Source of the DNA: Penicillus capitatus
Taxonomy: Eukaryota; Plantae; Chlorophyta
Direction of reading: 5' to 3'
Assembly (NCBI GenBank): GCA_965649825.1
Contig: OZ287698.1
Location: 1,658,768 to 1,702,767, forward strand
DNA length: 44,000 bases
In this document: one piece after another, positions 32,001 through 44,000 of the stretch
Numbering within the stretch: position 1 is the stretch's first letter
How the letters are laid out: each line of letters opens with the position of its first letter
The notes under the pieces: generated by a model
The model's input: the letters and a program-made list of their open reading frames with translations, nothing else
What the model was told of the DNA's origin: nothing
Databases searched by the model: none
Program-made: the position numbers and the translations under genes

Positions 32001-35000
32001 ACGCATTCGTCGTTAACCCGTTGCCCGTCGACAAACACGACACCGTCCACCTACACTCGCGACGACTTCGCCGAGACATTCGTCCCCGTCCACCTGACCT
32101 ACATCTATACCCTCCGTGGAGCAAGCAGTGTGCTTCTACGAACCCATCGTCGCGACTGTTGACGGGCAGCACGCGTCGAGGATCGCGTGCTCTCGAACGT
32201 CCGGATGCGATCAGCTTCGGACCCGATCGGTCCGCCGGAAGCGTCCATCGTCCACTCCGCGCAGACCAGCAGCTGGTGTGCCGTCCCCTGCGACCATCCC
32301 GAAATCGACAGGCCGGTCACTGTAATCCGTCTCTCGGCTCCAGAAAAGGGGGTAAAGCGACTGTGACAGGTGCCTCGGCCTCAGAAACACCGGGAAATTC
32401 TGCTGTAACCCGGCCCTCGGCGTCAGAATCGGCAAGTGGGCTCGTGCAACCCGGCCATCGACTCCCGAACAGGGGACGAGCTTCGGTGAATGAGAACGTG
32501 CCTGCGAACTGGGGCTAACACGTAATGCCAGCATCGGAGCGCACCGTCCAGCTTTCTGCGACGTCTGTCCCGTGCGTGGAGCGACTGGTGGGTGCAATGG
32601 ACTCGACTTCGATCATATCGACAAGCGAACAAGTTCCGAGGACCGCGTGCTCTCGAACATGGCGAACGGATTCAACTTCGGACATCATCCGTCACTCGCC
32701 GCGACCAATTGGACGCATGCGCGGGCGAAGTTGCTGGCGAAGTTTCTCGAACGAGCATCGGACATCGACCAGTCGATTTGGTGCAACGCGTTAGACCGGT
32801 CGCGTACGGCGAGGCGACGAAGCCGTATGTACAACGCGGCGCAAATGTGTCAGCGCCGGAGGGAACAAGGGTCCCCCCTTTGCTTCTCTTCCTCGCACCA
32901 TCCGTCGGTCGCCGGAGGGAACAAGGGTCCCCCTTTGCTTCTCTTCCTCGCATTATCCGTCAGTCAGCGACATTTAAATTGTTACGACCCGCAGCCGCCG
33001 ACGACTTTGGCGCCCGTTTTCAGTGGACAGCTGTCCACCTTCGTGCAGCTGTCCAAAGAATTGCATAGATTCTTACAATTACTGTTCGAACAGTCTTCGT
33101 AATCCCTACGCATTCGTCGTTAACCCGTTGCCCGTCGACAAACACGACACCGTCCACCTACACTCGCGACGACTTCGCCGAGACATTCGTCCCCGTCCAC
33201 CTGACCTACATCTATACCCTCCGTGGAGCAAGCGGTGTGCTTCTACGAACCCATCGTCGCGACTGTTGACGGGCAGCACGCGTCGAGGATCGCGTGCTCT
33301 CGAACGTCCGGATGCGATCAGCTTCGGACCCGATCGGTCCGCCGGAAGCGTCCATCGTCCACTCCGCGCAGACCAGCAGCTGGTGTGCCGTCCCCTGCGA
33401 CCATCCCGAAATCGACAGGCCGGTCACTGTAATCCGTCTCTCGGCTCCAGAAAAGGGGGTAAAGCGACTGTGACAGGTGCCTCGGCCTCAGAAACACCGG
33501 GAAATTCTGCTGTAACCCGGCCCTCGGCGTCAGAATCGGCAAGTGGGCTCGTGCAACCCGGCCATCGACTCCCGAACAGGGGACGAGCTTCGGTGAATGA
33601 GAACGTGCCTGCGAACTGGGGCTAACACGTAATGCCAGCATCGGAGCGCACCGTCCAGCTTTCTGCGACGTCTGTCCCGTGCGTGGAGCGACTGGTGGGT
33701 GCAATGGACTCGACTTCGATCATATCGACAAGCGAACAAGTTCCGAGGACCGCGTGCTCTCGAACATGACGAACGGATTCAACTTCGGACATCATCCGTC
33801 ACTCGCCGCGACCAATTGGACGCATGCGCGGGCAAAGTTGCTGGCGAAGTTTCTCGAACGAGCATCGGACATCGACCAGTCGATTTGGTGCAACTCGTTA
33901 GACCGGTCGCGTACGGCGAGGCGACGAAGCCGTATGTACAACGCGGCGCAAATGTGTCAGCGCCGGAGGGAACAAGGGTCCCCCCTTTGCTTCGCAACCG
34001 TAGCAAATGTGTCAGCGCAACCGTAGCAAATGTGTCAGCGCAACCGTAGCAAATGTGTCGGTCGCCGGAGGGAACAAGGGTCCCCCCTTTGCTTCGCAAC
34101 CGTAGCAAATGTGTCAGCGCAACCGTAGCAAATGTGTCGGTCGCCGGAGGGAACAAGGGTCCCCCCTTTGCTTCGCAACCGTAGCAAATGTGTCAGCGCA
34201 ACCGTAGCAAATGTGTCAGCGCCGGAGGGAACAAGGGTCCCCCCTTTGCTTCGCAACCGTAGCAAATGTGTCAGCGCAACCGTAGCAAATGTGTCAGCGC
34301 AACCGTAGCAAATGTGTCGGTCGCCGGAGGGAACAAGGGTCCCCCCTTTGCTTCTCTTCCTCGCACCATCCGTCGGTCGCCGAGGTAACAAGGGTCCCCC
34401 CTTTGCTTCTCTTCCTCGCATTATCCGTCAGTCAGCGACATTTAAATTGTTACGACCCGCAGCCGCCGACGACTTTGGCGCCCGTTTTCAGTGGACAGCT
34501 GTCCACCTTCGTGCAGCTGTCCAAAGAATTGCATAGATTCTTACAATTACTGTTCGAACAGTCTTCGTAATCCCTACGCATTCGTCGTTAACCCGTTGCC
34601 CGTCGACAAACACGACACCGTCCACCTACACTCGCGACGACTTCGCCGAGACATTCGTCCCCGTCCACCTGACCTACATCTATACCCTCCGTGGAGCAAG
34701 CGGTGTGCTTCTACGAACCCATCGTCGCGACTGTTGACGGGCAGCACGCGTCGAGGATCGCGTGCTCTCGAACGTCCGGATGCGATCAGCTTCGGACCCG
34801 ATCGGTCCGCCGGAAGCGTCCATCGTCCACTCCGCGCAGACCAGCAGCTGGTGTGCCGTCCCCTGCGACCATCCCGAAATCGACAGGCCGGTCACTGTAA
34901 TCCGTCTCTCGGCTCCAGAAAAGGGGGTAAAGCGACTGTGACAGGTGCCTCGGCCTCAGAAACACCGGGAAATTCTGCTGTAACCCGGCCCTCGGCGTCA

Positions 35001-38000
35001 GAATCGGCAAGTGGGCTCGTGCAACCCGGCCATCGACTCCCGAACAGGGGACGAGCTTCGGTGAATGAGAACGTGCCTGCGAACTGGGGCTAACACGTAA
35101 TGCCAGCATCGGAGCGCACCGTCCAGCTTTCTGCGACGTCTGTCCCGTGCGTGGAGCGACTGGTGGGTGCAATGGACTCGACTTCGATCATATCGACAAG
35201 CGAACAAGTTCCGAGGACCGCGTGCTCTCGAACATGGCGAACGGATTCAACTTCGGACATCATCCGTCACTCGCCGCGACCAATTGGACGCATGCGCGGG
35301 CGAAGTTGCTGGCGAAGTTTCTCGAACGAGCATCGGACATCGACCAGTCGATTTGGTGCAACGCGTTAGACCGGTCGCGTACGGCGAGGCGACGAAGCCG
35401 TATGTACAACGCGGCGCAAATGTGTCAGCGCCGGAGGGAACAAGGGTCCCCCCTTTGCTTCTCTTCCTCGCACCATCCGTCGGTCGCCGGAGGGAACAAG
35501 GGTCCCCCTTTGCTTCTCTTCCTCGCATTATCCGTCAGTCAGCGACATTTAAATTGTTACGACCCGCAGCCGCCGACGACTTTGGCGCCCGTTTTCAGTG
35601 GACAGCTGTCCACCTTCGTGCAGCTGTCCAAAGAATTGCATAGATTCTTACAATTACTGTTCGAACAGTCTTCGTAATCCCTACGCATTCGTCGTTAACC
35701 CGTTGCCCGTCGACAAACACGACACCGTCCACCTACACTCGCGACGACTTCGCCGAGACATTCGTCCCCGTCCACCTGACCTACATCTATACCCTCCGTG
35801 GAGCAAGCGGTGTGCTTCTACGAACCCATCGTCGCGACTGTTGACGGGCAGCACGCGTCGAGGATCGCGTGCTCTCGAACGTCCGGATGCGATCAGCTTC
35901 GGACCCGATCGGTCCGCCGGAAGCGTCCATCGTCCACTCCGCGCAGACCAGCAGCTGGTGTGCCGTCCCCTGCGACCATCCCGAAATCGACAGGCCGGTC
36001 ACTGTAATCCGTCTCTCGGCTCCAGAAAAGGGGGTAAAGCGACTGTGACAGGTGCCTCGGCCTCAGAAACACCGGGAAATTCTGCTGTAACCCGGCCCTC
36101 GGCGTCAGAATCGGCAAGTGGGCTCGTGCAACCCGGCCATCGACTCCCGAACAGGGGACGAGCTTCGGTGAATGAGAACGTGCCTGCGAACTGGGGCTAA
36201 CACGTAATGCCAGCATCGGAGCGCACCGTCCAGCTTTCTGCGACGTCTGTCCCGTGCGTGGAGCGACTGGTGGGTGCAATGGACTCGACTTCGATCATAT
36301 CGACAAGCGAACAAGTTCCGAGGACCGCGTGCTCTCGAACATGACGAACGGATTCAACTTCGGACATCATCCGTCACTCGCCGCGACCAATTGGACGCAT
36401 GCGCGGGCAAAGTTGCTGGCGAAGTTTCTCGAACGAGCATCGGACATCGACCAGTCGATTTGGTGCAACGCGTTAGACCGGTCGCGTACGGCGAGGCGAC
36501 GAAGCCGTATGTACAACGCGGCGCAAATGTGTCAGCGCCGGAGGGAACAAGGGTCCCCCCTTTGCTTCGCAACCGTAGCAAATGTGTCAGCGCAACCGTA
36601 GCAAATGTGTCAGCGCAACCGTAGCAAATGTGTCAGCGCAACCGTAGCAAATGTGTCGGTCGCCGGAGGGAACAAGGGTCCCCCCTTTGCTTCGCAACCG
36701 TAGCAAATGTGTCAGCGCAACCGTAGCAAATGTGTCAGCGCAACCGTAGCAAATGTGTCGGTCGCCGGAGGGAACAAGGGTCCCCCCTTTGCTTCGCAAC
36801 CGTAGCAAATGTGTCAGCGCAACCGTAGCAAATGTGTCAGCGCAACCGTAGCAAATGTGTCAGCGCAACCGTAGCAAATGTGTCGGTCGCCGGAGGGAAC
36901 AAGGGTCCCCCCTTTGCTTCTCTTCCTCGCACCATCCGTCGGTCGCCGGAGGGAACAAGGGTCCCCCCTTTGCTTCTCTTCCTCGCACCATCCGTCGGTC
37001 GCCGGAGGGAACAAGGGTCCCCCCTTTGCTTCTCTTCCTCGCACCATCCGTCGGTCGCCGAGGTAACAAGGGTCCCCCCTTTGCTTCTCTTCCTCGCATT
37101 ATCCGTCAGTCAGCGACATTTAAATTGTTACGACCCGCAGCCGCCGACGACTTTGGCGCCCGTTTTCAGTGGACAGCTGTCCACCTTCGTGCAGCTGTCC
37201 AAAGAATTGCATAGATTCTTACAATTACTGTTCGAACAGTCTTCGTAATCCCTACGCATTCGTCGTTAACCCGTTGCCCGTCGACAAACACGACACCGTC
37301 CACCTACACTCGCGACGACTTCGCCGAGACATTCGTCCCCGTCCACCTGACCTACATCTATACCCTCCGTGGAGCAAGCGGTGTGCTTCTACGAACCCAT
37401 CGTCGCGACTGTTGACGGGCAGCACGCGTCGAGGATCGCGTGCTCTCGAACGTCCGGATGCGATCAGCTTCGGACCCGATCGGTCCGCCGGAAGCGTCCA
37501 TCGTCCACTCCGCGCAGACCAGCAGCTGGTGTGCCGTCCCCTGCGACCATCCCGAAATCGACAGGCCGGTCACTGTAATCCGTCTCTCGGCTCCAGAAAA
37601 GGGGGTAAAGCGACTGTGACAGGTGCCTCGGCCTCAGAAACACCGGGAAATTCTGCTGTAACCCGGCCCTCGGCGTCAGAATCGGCAAGTGGGCTCGTGC
37701 AACCCGGCCATCGACTCCCGAACAGGGGACGAGCTTCGGTGAATGAGAACGTGCCTGCGAACTGGGGCTAACACGTAATGCCAGCATCGGAGCGCACCGT
37801 CCAGCTTTCTGCGACGTCTGTCCCGTGCGTGGAGCGACTGGTGGGTGCAATGGACTCGACTTCGATCATATCGACAAGCGAACAAGTTCCGAGGACCGCG
37901 TGCTCTCGAACATGACGAACGGATTCAACTTCGGACATCATCCGTCACTCGCCGCGACCAATTGGACGCATGCGCGGGCAAAGTTGCTGGCGAAGTTTCT

Positions 38001-41000
38001 CGAACGAGCATCGGACATCGACCAGTCGATTTGGTGCAACGCGTTAGACCGGTCGCGTACGGCGAGGCGACGAAGCCGTATGTACAACGCGGCGCAAATG
38101 TGTCAGCGCCGGAGGGAACAAGGGTCCCCCCTTTGCTTCTCTTCCTCGCATTATCCGTCAGTCAGCGACATTTAAATTGTTACGACCCGCAGCCGCCGAC
38201 GACTTTGGCGCCCGTTTTCAGTGGACAGCTGTCCACCTTCGTGCAGCTGTCCAAAGAATTGCATAGATTCTTACAATTACTGTTCGAACAGTCTTCGTAA
38301 TCCCTACGCATTCGTCGTTAACCCGTTGCCCGTCGACAAACACGACACCGTCCACCTACACTCGCGACGACTTCGCCGAGACATTCGTCCCCGTCCACCT
38401 GACCTACATCTATACCCTCCGTGGAGCAAGCGGTGTGCTTCTACGAACCCATCGTCGCGACTGTTGACGGGCAGCACGCGTCGAGGATCGCGTGCTCTCG
38501 AACGTCCGGATGCGATCAGCTTCGGACCCGATCGGTCCGCCGGAAGCGTCCATCGTCCACTCCGCGCAGACCAGCAGCTGGTGTGCCGTCCCCTGCGACC
38601 ATCCCGAAATCGACAGGCCGGTCACTGTAATCCGTCTCTCGGCTCCAGAAAAGGGGGTAAAGCGACTGTGACAGGTGCCTCGGCCTCAGAAACACCGGGA
38701 AATTCTGCTGTAACCCGGCCCTCGGCGTCAGAATCGGCAAGTGGGCTCGTGCAACCCGGCCATCGACTCCCGAACAGGGGACGAGCTTCGGTGAATGAGA
38801 ACGTGCCTGCGAACTGGGGCTAACACGTAATGCCAGCATCGGAGCGCACCGTCCAGCTTTCTGCGACGTCTGTCCCGTGCGTGGAGCGACTGGTGGGTGC
38901 AATGGACTCGACTTCGATCATATCGACAAGCGAACAAGTTCCGAGGACCGCGTGCTCTCGAACATGGCGAACGGATTCAACTTCGGACATCATCCGTCAC
39001 TCGCCGCGACCAATTGGACGCATGCGCGGGCAAAGTTGCTGGCGAAGTTTCTCGAACGAGCATCGGACATCGACCAGTCGATTTGGTGCAACGCGTTAGA
39101 CCGGTCGCGTACGGCGAGGCGACGAAGCCGTATGTACAACGCGGCGCAAATGTGTCAGCGCCGGAGGGAACAAGGGTCCCCCCTTTGCTTCGCAACCGTA
39201 GCAAATGTGTCAGCGCAACCGTAGCAAATGTGTCAGCGCAACCGTAGCAAATGTGTCGGTCGCCGGAGGGAACAAGGGTCCCCCCTTTGCTTCTCTTCCT
39301 CGCACCATCCGTCGGTCGCCGGAGGGAACAAGGGTCCCCCCTTTGCTTCGCAACCGTAGCAAATGTGTCGGTCGCCGGAGGGAACAAGGGTCCCCCCTTT
39401 GCTTCTCTTCCTCGCACCATCCGTCGGTCGCCGAGGTAACAAGGGTCCCCCCTTTGCTTCTCTTCCTCGCATTATCCGTCAGTCAGCGACATTTAAATTG
39501 TTACGACCCGCAGCCGCCGACGACTTTGGCGCCCGTTTTCAGTGGACAGCTGTCCACCTTCGTGCAGCTGTCCAAAGAATTGCATAGATTCTTACAATTA
39601 CTGTTCGAACAGTCTTCGTAATCCCTACGCATTCGTCGTTAACCCGTTGCCTGTCGACAAACACGACACCGTCCACCTACACTCGCGACGACTTCGCCGA
39701 GACATTCGTCCCCGTCCACCTGACCTACATCTATACCCTCCGTGGAGCAAGCGGTGTGCTTCTACGAACCCATCGTCGCGACTGTTGACGGGCAGCACGC
39801 GTCGAGGATCGCGTGCTCTCGAACGTCCGGATGCGATCAGCTTCGGACCCGATCGGTCCGCCGGAAGCGTCCATCGTCCACTCCGCGCAGACCAGCAGCT
39901 GGTGTGCCGTCCCCTGCGACCATCCCGAAATCGACAGGCCGGTCACTGTAATCCGTCTCTCGGCTCCAGAAAAGGGGGTAAAGCGACTGTGACAGGTGCC
40001 TCGGCCTCAGAAACACCGGGAAATTCTGCTGTAACCCGGCCCTCGGCGTCAGAATCGGCAAGTGGGCTCGTGCAACCCGGCCATCGACTCCCGAACAGGG
40101 GACGAGCTTCGGTGAATGAGAACGTGCCTGCGAACTGGGGCTAACACGTAATGCCAGCATCGGAGCGCACCGTCCAGCTTTCTGCGACGTCTGTCCCGTG
40201 CGTGGAGCGACTGGTGGGTGCAATGGACTCGACTTCGATCATATCGACAAGCGAACAAGTTCCGAGGACCGCGTGCTCTCGAACATGACGAACGGATTCA
40301 ACTTCGGACATCATCCGTCACTCGCCGCGACCAATTGGACGCATGCGCGGGCAAAGTTGCTGGCGAAGTTTCTCGAACGAGCATCGGACATCGACCAGTC
40401 GATTTGGTGCAACGCGTTAGACCGGTCGCGTACGGCGAGGCGACGAAGCCGTATGTACAACGCGGCGCAAATGTGTCAGCGCCGGAGGGAACAAGGGTCC
40501 CCCCTTTGCTTCTCTTCCTCGCATTATCCGTCAGTCAGCGACATTTAAATTGTTACGACCCGCAGCCGCCGACGACTTTGGCGCCCGTTTTCAGTGGACA
40601 GCTGTCCACCTTCGTGCAGCTGTCCAAAGAATTGCATAGATTCTTACAATTACTGTTCGAACAGTCTTCGTAATCCCTACGCATTCGTCGTTAACCCGTT
40701 GCCCGTCGACAAACACGACACCGTCCACCTACACTCGCGACGACTTCGCCGAGACATTCGTCCCCGTCCACCTGACCTACATCTATACCCTCCGTGGAGC
40801 AAGCGGTGTGCTTCTACGAACCCATCGTCGCGACTGTTGACGGGCAGCACGCGTCGAGGATCGCGTGCTCTCGAACGTCCGGATGCGATCAGCTTCGGAC
40901 CCGATCGGTCCGCCGGAAGCGTCCATCGTCCACTCCGCGCAGACCAGCAGCTGGTGTGCCGTCCCCTGCGACCATCCCGAAATCGACAGGCCGGTCACTG

Positions 41001-44000
41001 TAATCCGTCTCTCGGCTCCAGAAAAGGGGGTAAAGCGACTGTGACAGGTGCCTCGGCCTCAGAAACACCGGGAAATTCTGCTGTAACCCGGCCCTCGGCG
41101 TCAGAATCGGCAAGTGGGCTCGTGCAACCCGGCCATCGACTCCCGAACAGGGGACGAGCTTCGGTGAATGAGAACGTGCCTGCGAACTGGGGCTAACACG
41201 TAATGCCAGCATCGGAGCGCACCGTCCAGCTTTCTGCGACGTCTGTCCCGTGCGTGGAGCGACTGGTGGGTGCAATGGACTCGACTTCGATCATATCGAC
41301 AAGCGAACAAGTTCCGAGGACCGCGTGCTCTCGAACATGGCGAACGGATTCAACTTCGGACATCATCCGTCACTCGCCGCGACCAATTGGACGCATGCGC
41401 GGGCAAAGTTGCTGGCGAAGTTTCTCGAACGAGCATCGGACATCGACCAGTCGATTTGGTGCAACGCGTTAGACCGGTCGCGTACGGCGAGGCGACGAAG
41501 CCGTATGTACAACGCGGCGCAAATGTGTCAGCGCCGGAGGGAACAAGGGTCCCCCCTTTGCTTCGCAACCGTAGCAAATGTGTCAGCGCAACCGTAGCAA
41601 ATGTGTCGGTCGCCGGAGGGAACAAGGGTCCCCCCTTTGCTTCGCAACCGTAGCAAATGTGTCAGCGCAACCGTAGCAAATGTGTCAGCGCAACCGTAGC
41701 AAATGTGTCAGCGCAACCGTAGCAAATGTGTCAGCGCAACCGTAGCAAATGTGTCGGTCGCCGGAGGGAACAAGGGTCCCCCCTTTGCTTCTCTTCCTCG
41801 CACCATCCGTCGGTCGCCGGAGGGAACAAGGGTCCCCCCTTTGCTTCTCTTCCTCGCACCATCCGTCGGTCGCCGGAGGGAACAAGGGTCCCCCCTTTGC
41901 TTCGCAACCGTAGCAAATGTGTCAGCGCAACCGTAGCAAATGTGTCAGCGCAACCGTAGCAAATGTGTCGGTCGCCGGAGGGAACAAGGGTCCCCCCTTT
42001 GCTTCTCTTCCTCGCACCATCCGTCGGTCGCCGGAGGGAACAAGGGTCCCCCCTTTGCTTCGCAACCGTAGCAAATGTGTCGGTCGCCGGAGGGAACAAG
42101 GGTCCCCCCTTTGCTTCTCTTCCTCGCACCATCCGTCGGTCGCCGAGGTAACAAGGGTCCCCCCTTTGCTTCTCTTCCTCGCATTATCCGTCAGTCAGCG
42201 ACATTTAAATTGTTACGACCCGCAGCCGCCGACGACTTTGGCGCCCGTTTTCAGTGGACAGCTGTCCACCTTCGTGCAGCTGTCCAAAGAATTGCATAGA
42301 TTCTTACAATTACTGTTCGAACAGTCTTCGTAATCCCTACGCATTCGTCGTTAACCCGTTGCCTGTCGACAAACACGACACCGTCCACCTACACTCGCGA
42401 CGACTTCGCCGAGACATTCGTCCCCGTCCACCTGACCTACATCTATACCCTCCGTGGAGCAAGCGGTGTGCTTCTACGAACCCATCGTCGCGACTGTTGA
42501 CGGGCAGCACGCGTCGAGGATCGCGTGCTCTCGAACGTCCGGATGCGATCAGCTTCGGACCCGATCGGTCCGCCGGAAGCGTCCATCGTCCACTCCGCGC
42601 AGACCAGCAGCTGGTGTGCCGTCCCCTGCGACCATCCCGAAATCGACAGGCCGGTCACTGTAATCCGTCTCTCGGCTCCAGAAAAGGGGGTAAAGCGACT
42701 GTGACAGGTGCCTCGGCCTCAGAAACACCGGGAAATTCTGCTGTAACCCGGCCCTCGGCGTCAGAATCGGCAAGTGGGCTCGTGCAACCCGGCCATCGAC
42801 TCCCGAACAGGGGACGAGCTTCGGTGAATGAGAACGTGCCTGCGAACTGGGGCTAACACGTAATGCCAGCATCGGAGCGCACCGTCCAGCTTTCTGCGAC
42901 GTCTGTCCCGTGCGTGGAGCGACTGGTGGGTGCAATGGACTCGACTTCGATCATATCGACAAGCGAACAAGTTCCGAGGACCGCGTGCTCTCGAACATGA
43001 CGAACGGATTCAACTTCGGACATCATCCGTCACTCGCCGCGACCAATTGGACGCATGCGCGGGCAAAGTTGCTGGCGAAGTTTCTCGAACGAGCATCGGA
43101 CATCGACCAGTCGATTTGGTGCAACGCGTTAGACCGGTCGCGTACGGCGAGGCGACGAAGCCGTATGTACAACGCAACCGTAGCAAATGTGTCGGTCGCC
43201 GGAGGGAACAAGGGTCCCCCCTTTGCTTCGCAACCGTAGCAAATGTGTCAGCGCAACCGTAGCAAATGTGTCGGTCGCCGGAGGGAACAAGGGTCCCCCC
43301 TTTGCTTCTCTTCCTCGCACCATCCGTCGGTCGCCGGAGGGAACAAGGGTCCCCCCTTTGCTTCGCAACCGTAGCAAATGTGTCGGTCGCCGGAGGGAAC
43401 AAGGGTCCCCCCTTTGCTTCTCTTCCTCGCACCATCCGTCGGTCGCCGAGGTAACAAGGGTCCCCCCTTTGCTTCTCTTCCTCGCATTATCCGTCAGTCA
43501 GCGACATTTAAATTGTTACGACCCGCAGCCGCCGACGACTTTGGCGCCCGTTTTCAGTGGACAGCTGTCCACCTTCGTGCAGCTGTCCAAAGAATTGCAT
43601 AGATTCTTACAATTACTGTTCGAACAGTCTTCGTAATCCCTACGCATTCGTCGTTAACCCGTTGCCCGTCGACAAACACGACACCGTCCACCTACACTCG
43701 CGACGACTTCGCCGAGACATTCGTCCCCGTCCACCTGACCTACATCTATACCCTCCGTGGAGCAAGCGGTGTGCTTCTACGAACCCATCGTCGCGACTGT
43801 TGACGGGCAGCACGCGTCGAGGATCGCGTGCTCTCGAACGTCCGGATGCGATCAGCTTCGGACCCGATCGGTCCGCCGGAAGCGTCCATCGTCCACTCCG
43901 CGCAGACCAGCAGCTGGTGTGCCGTCCTCTGCGACCATCCCGAAATCGACAGGCCGGTCACTGTAATCCGTCTCTCGGCTCCAGAAAAGGGGGTAAAGCG
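29069..44000 (+). repeat. Tandem array (macrosatellite): 1022-bp core plus a variable modular spacer, 11 complete units and a partial 12th; continues past the window
   Basis: Core starts at 29260, 30367, 31835, 32942, 34410, 35517, 37088, 38140, 39461, 40513, 42173 and 43476. Unit lengths are 1107, 1468, 1107, 1468, 1107, 1571, 1052, 1321, 1052, 1660 and 1303. Cores differ by only a handful of SNPs. Confidence 0.99.
29919..30527 (+). other. HNH-like (CxxC...DFDH) reading frame repeated in every array core; representative copy
   Basis: Frame reads ...FCDVCPVRGATGGCNGLDFDHIDKRTSSEDRVLSN...IWCNALDRSRT. It resembles the CxxC...L[E/D]FDH...LCxxCHxxxT HNH pattern but lacks the last Cys/His and an in-frame ATG before the motif. 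Confidence 0.35.

Noticed and set aside
29069-44000. CRISPR array (30-bp hairpin-like B repeats with intervening sequence)
   Set aside because: The intervening sequences are reused A/C modules rather than unique spacers, there are no cas genes, and the context is eukaryotic.

Overview
Eukaryotic nuclear DNA: GT-AG introns of about 45-120 nt and the standard genetic code. The beta-helix receptor-like gene family resembles those expanded in siphonous green algae, but that taxonomic hint is only inference. The window has three zones. (1) 1-14.5 kb: an apparently intact beta-helix membrane-protein gene, then a nest of mobile elements. A decayed APE+RT LINE is interrupted by a 1.79-kb LTR element carrying only a coiled-coil/CCHC zinc-knuckle ORF (247-bp LTRs, CATAT TSD). 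A relative of it is 1.45 kb with identical 99-bp LTRs and a GTTCT TSD. Several solo LTRs and a pair of long diverged inverted arms around an orphan ORF also lie here. (2) 14.5-29 kb: intron-containing pseudogenes of normally conserved genes (NLE1, a Rubicon-homology gene, CNNM/DUF21, a PH-domain gene), an apparently intact C2+lipase-3 gene, and two separate remnants of Fanzor/TnpB-like nucleases. (3) 29.07 kb to the end: a head-to-tail array of at least 12 copies of a near-invariant 1022-bp core. The cores are separated by variable spacers built from three short modules (23/26, 30 and 26 bp) in a strict order, and short and long units alternate. Each core carries a 16-bp perfect palindrome and a CxxC...DFDH HNH-like reading frame that runs into the variable spacer. 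No database search was possible; all family calls come from motif recognition.
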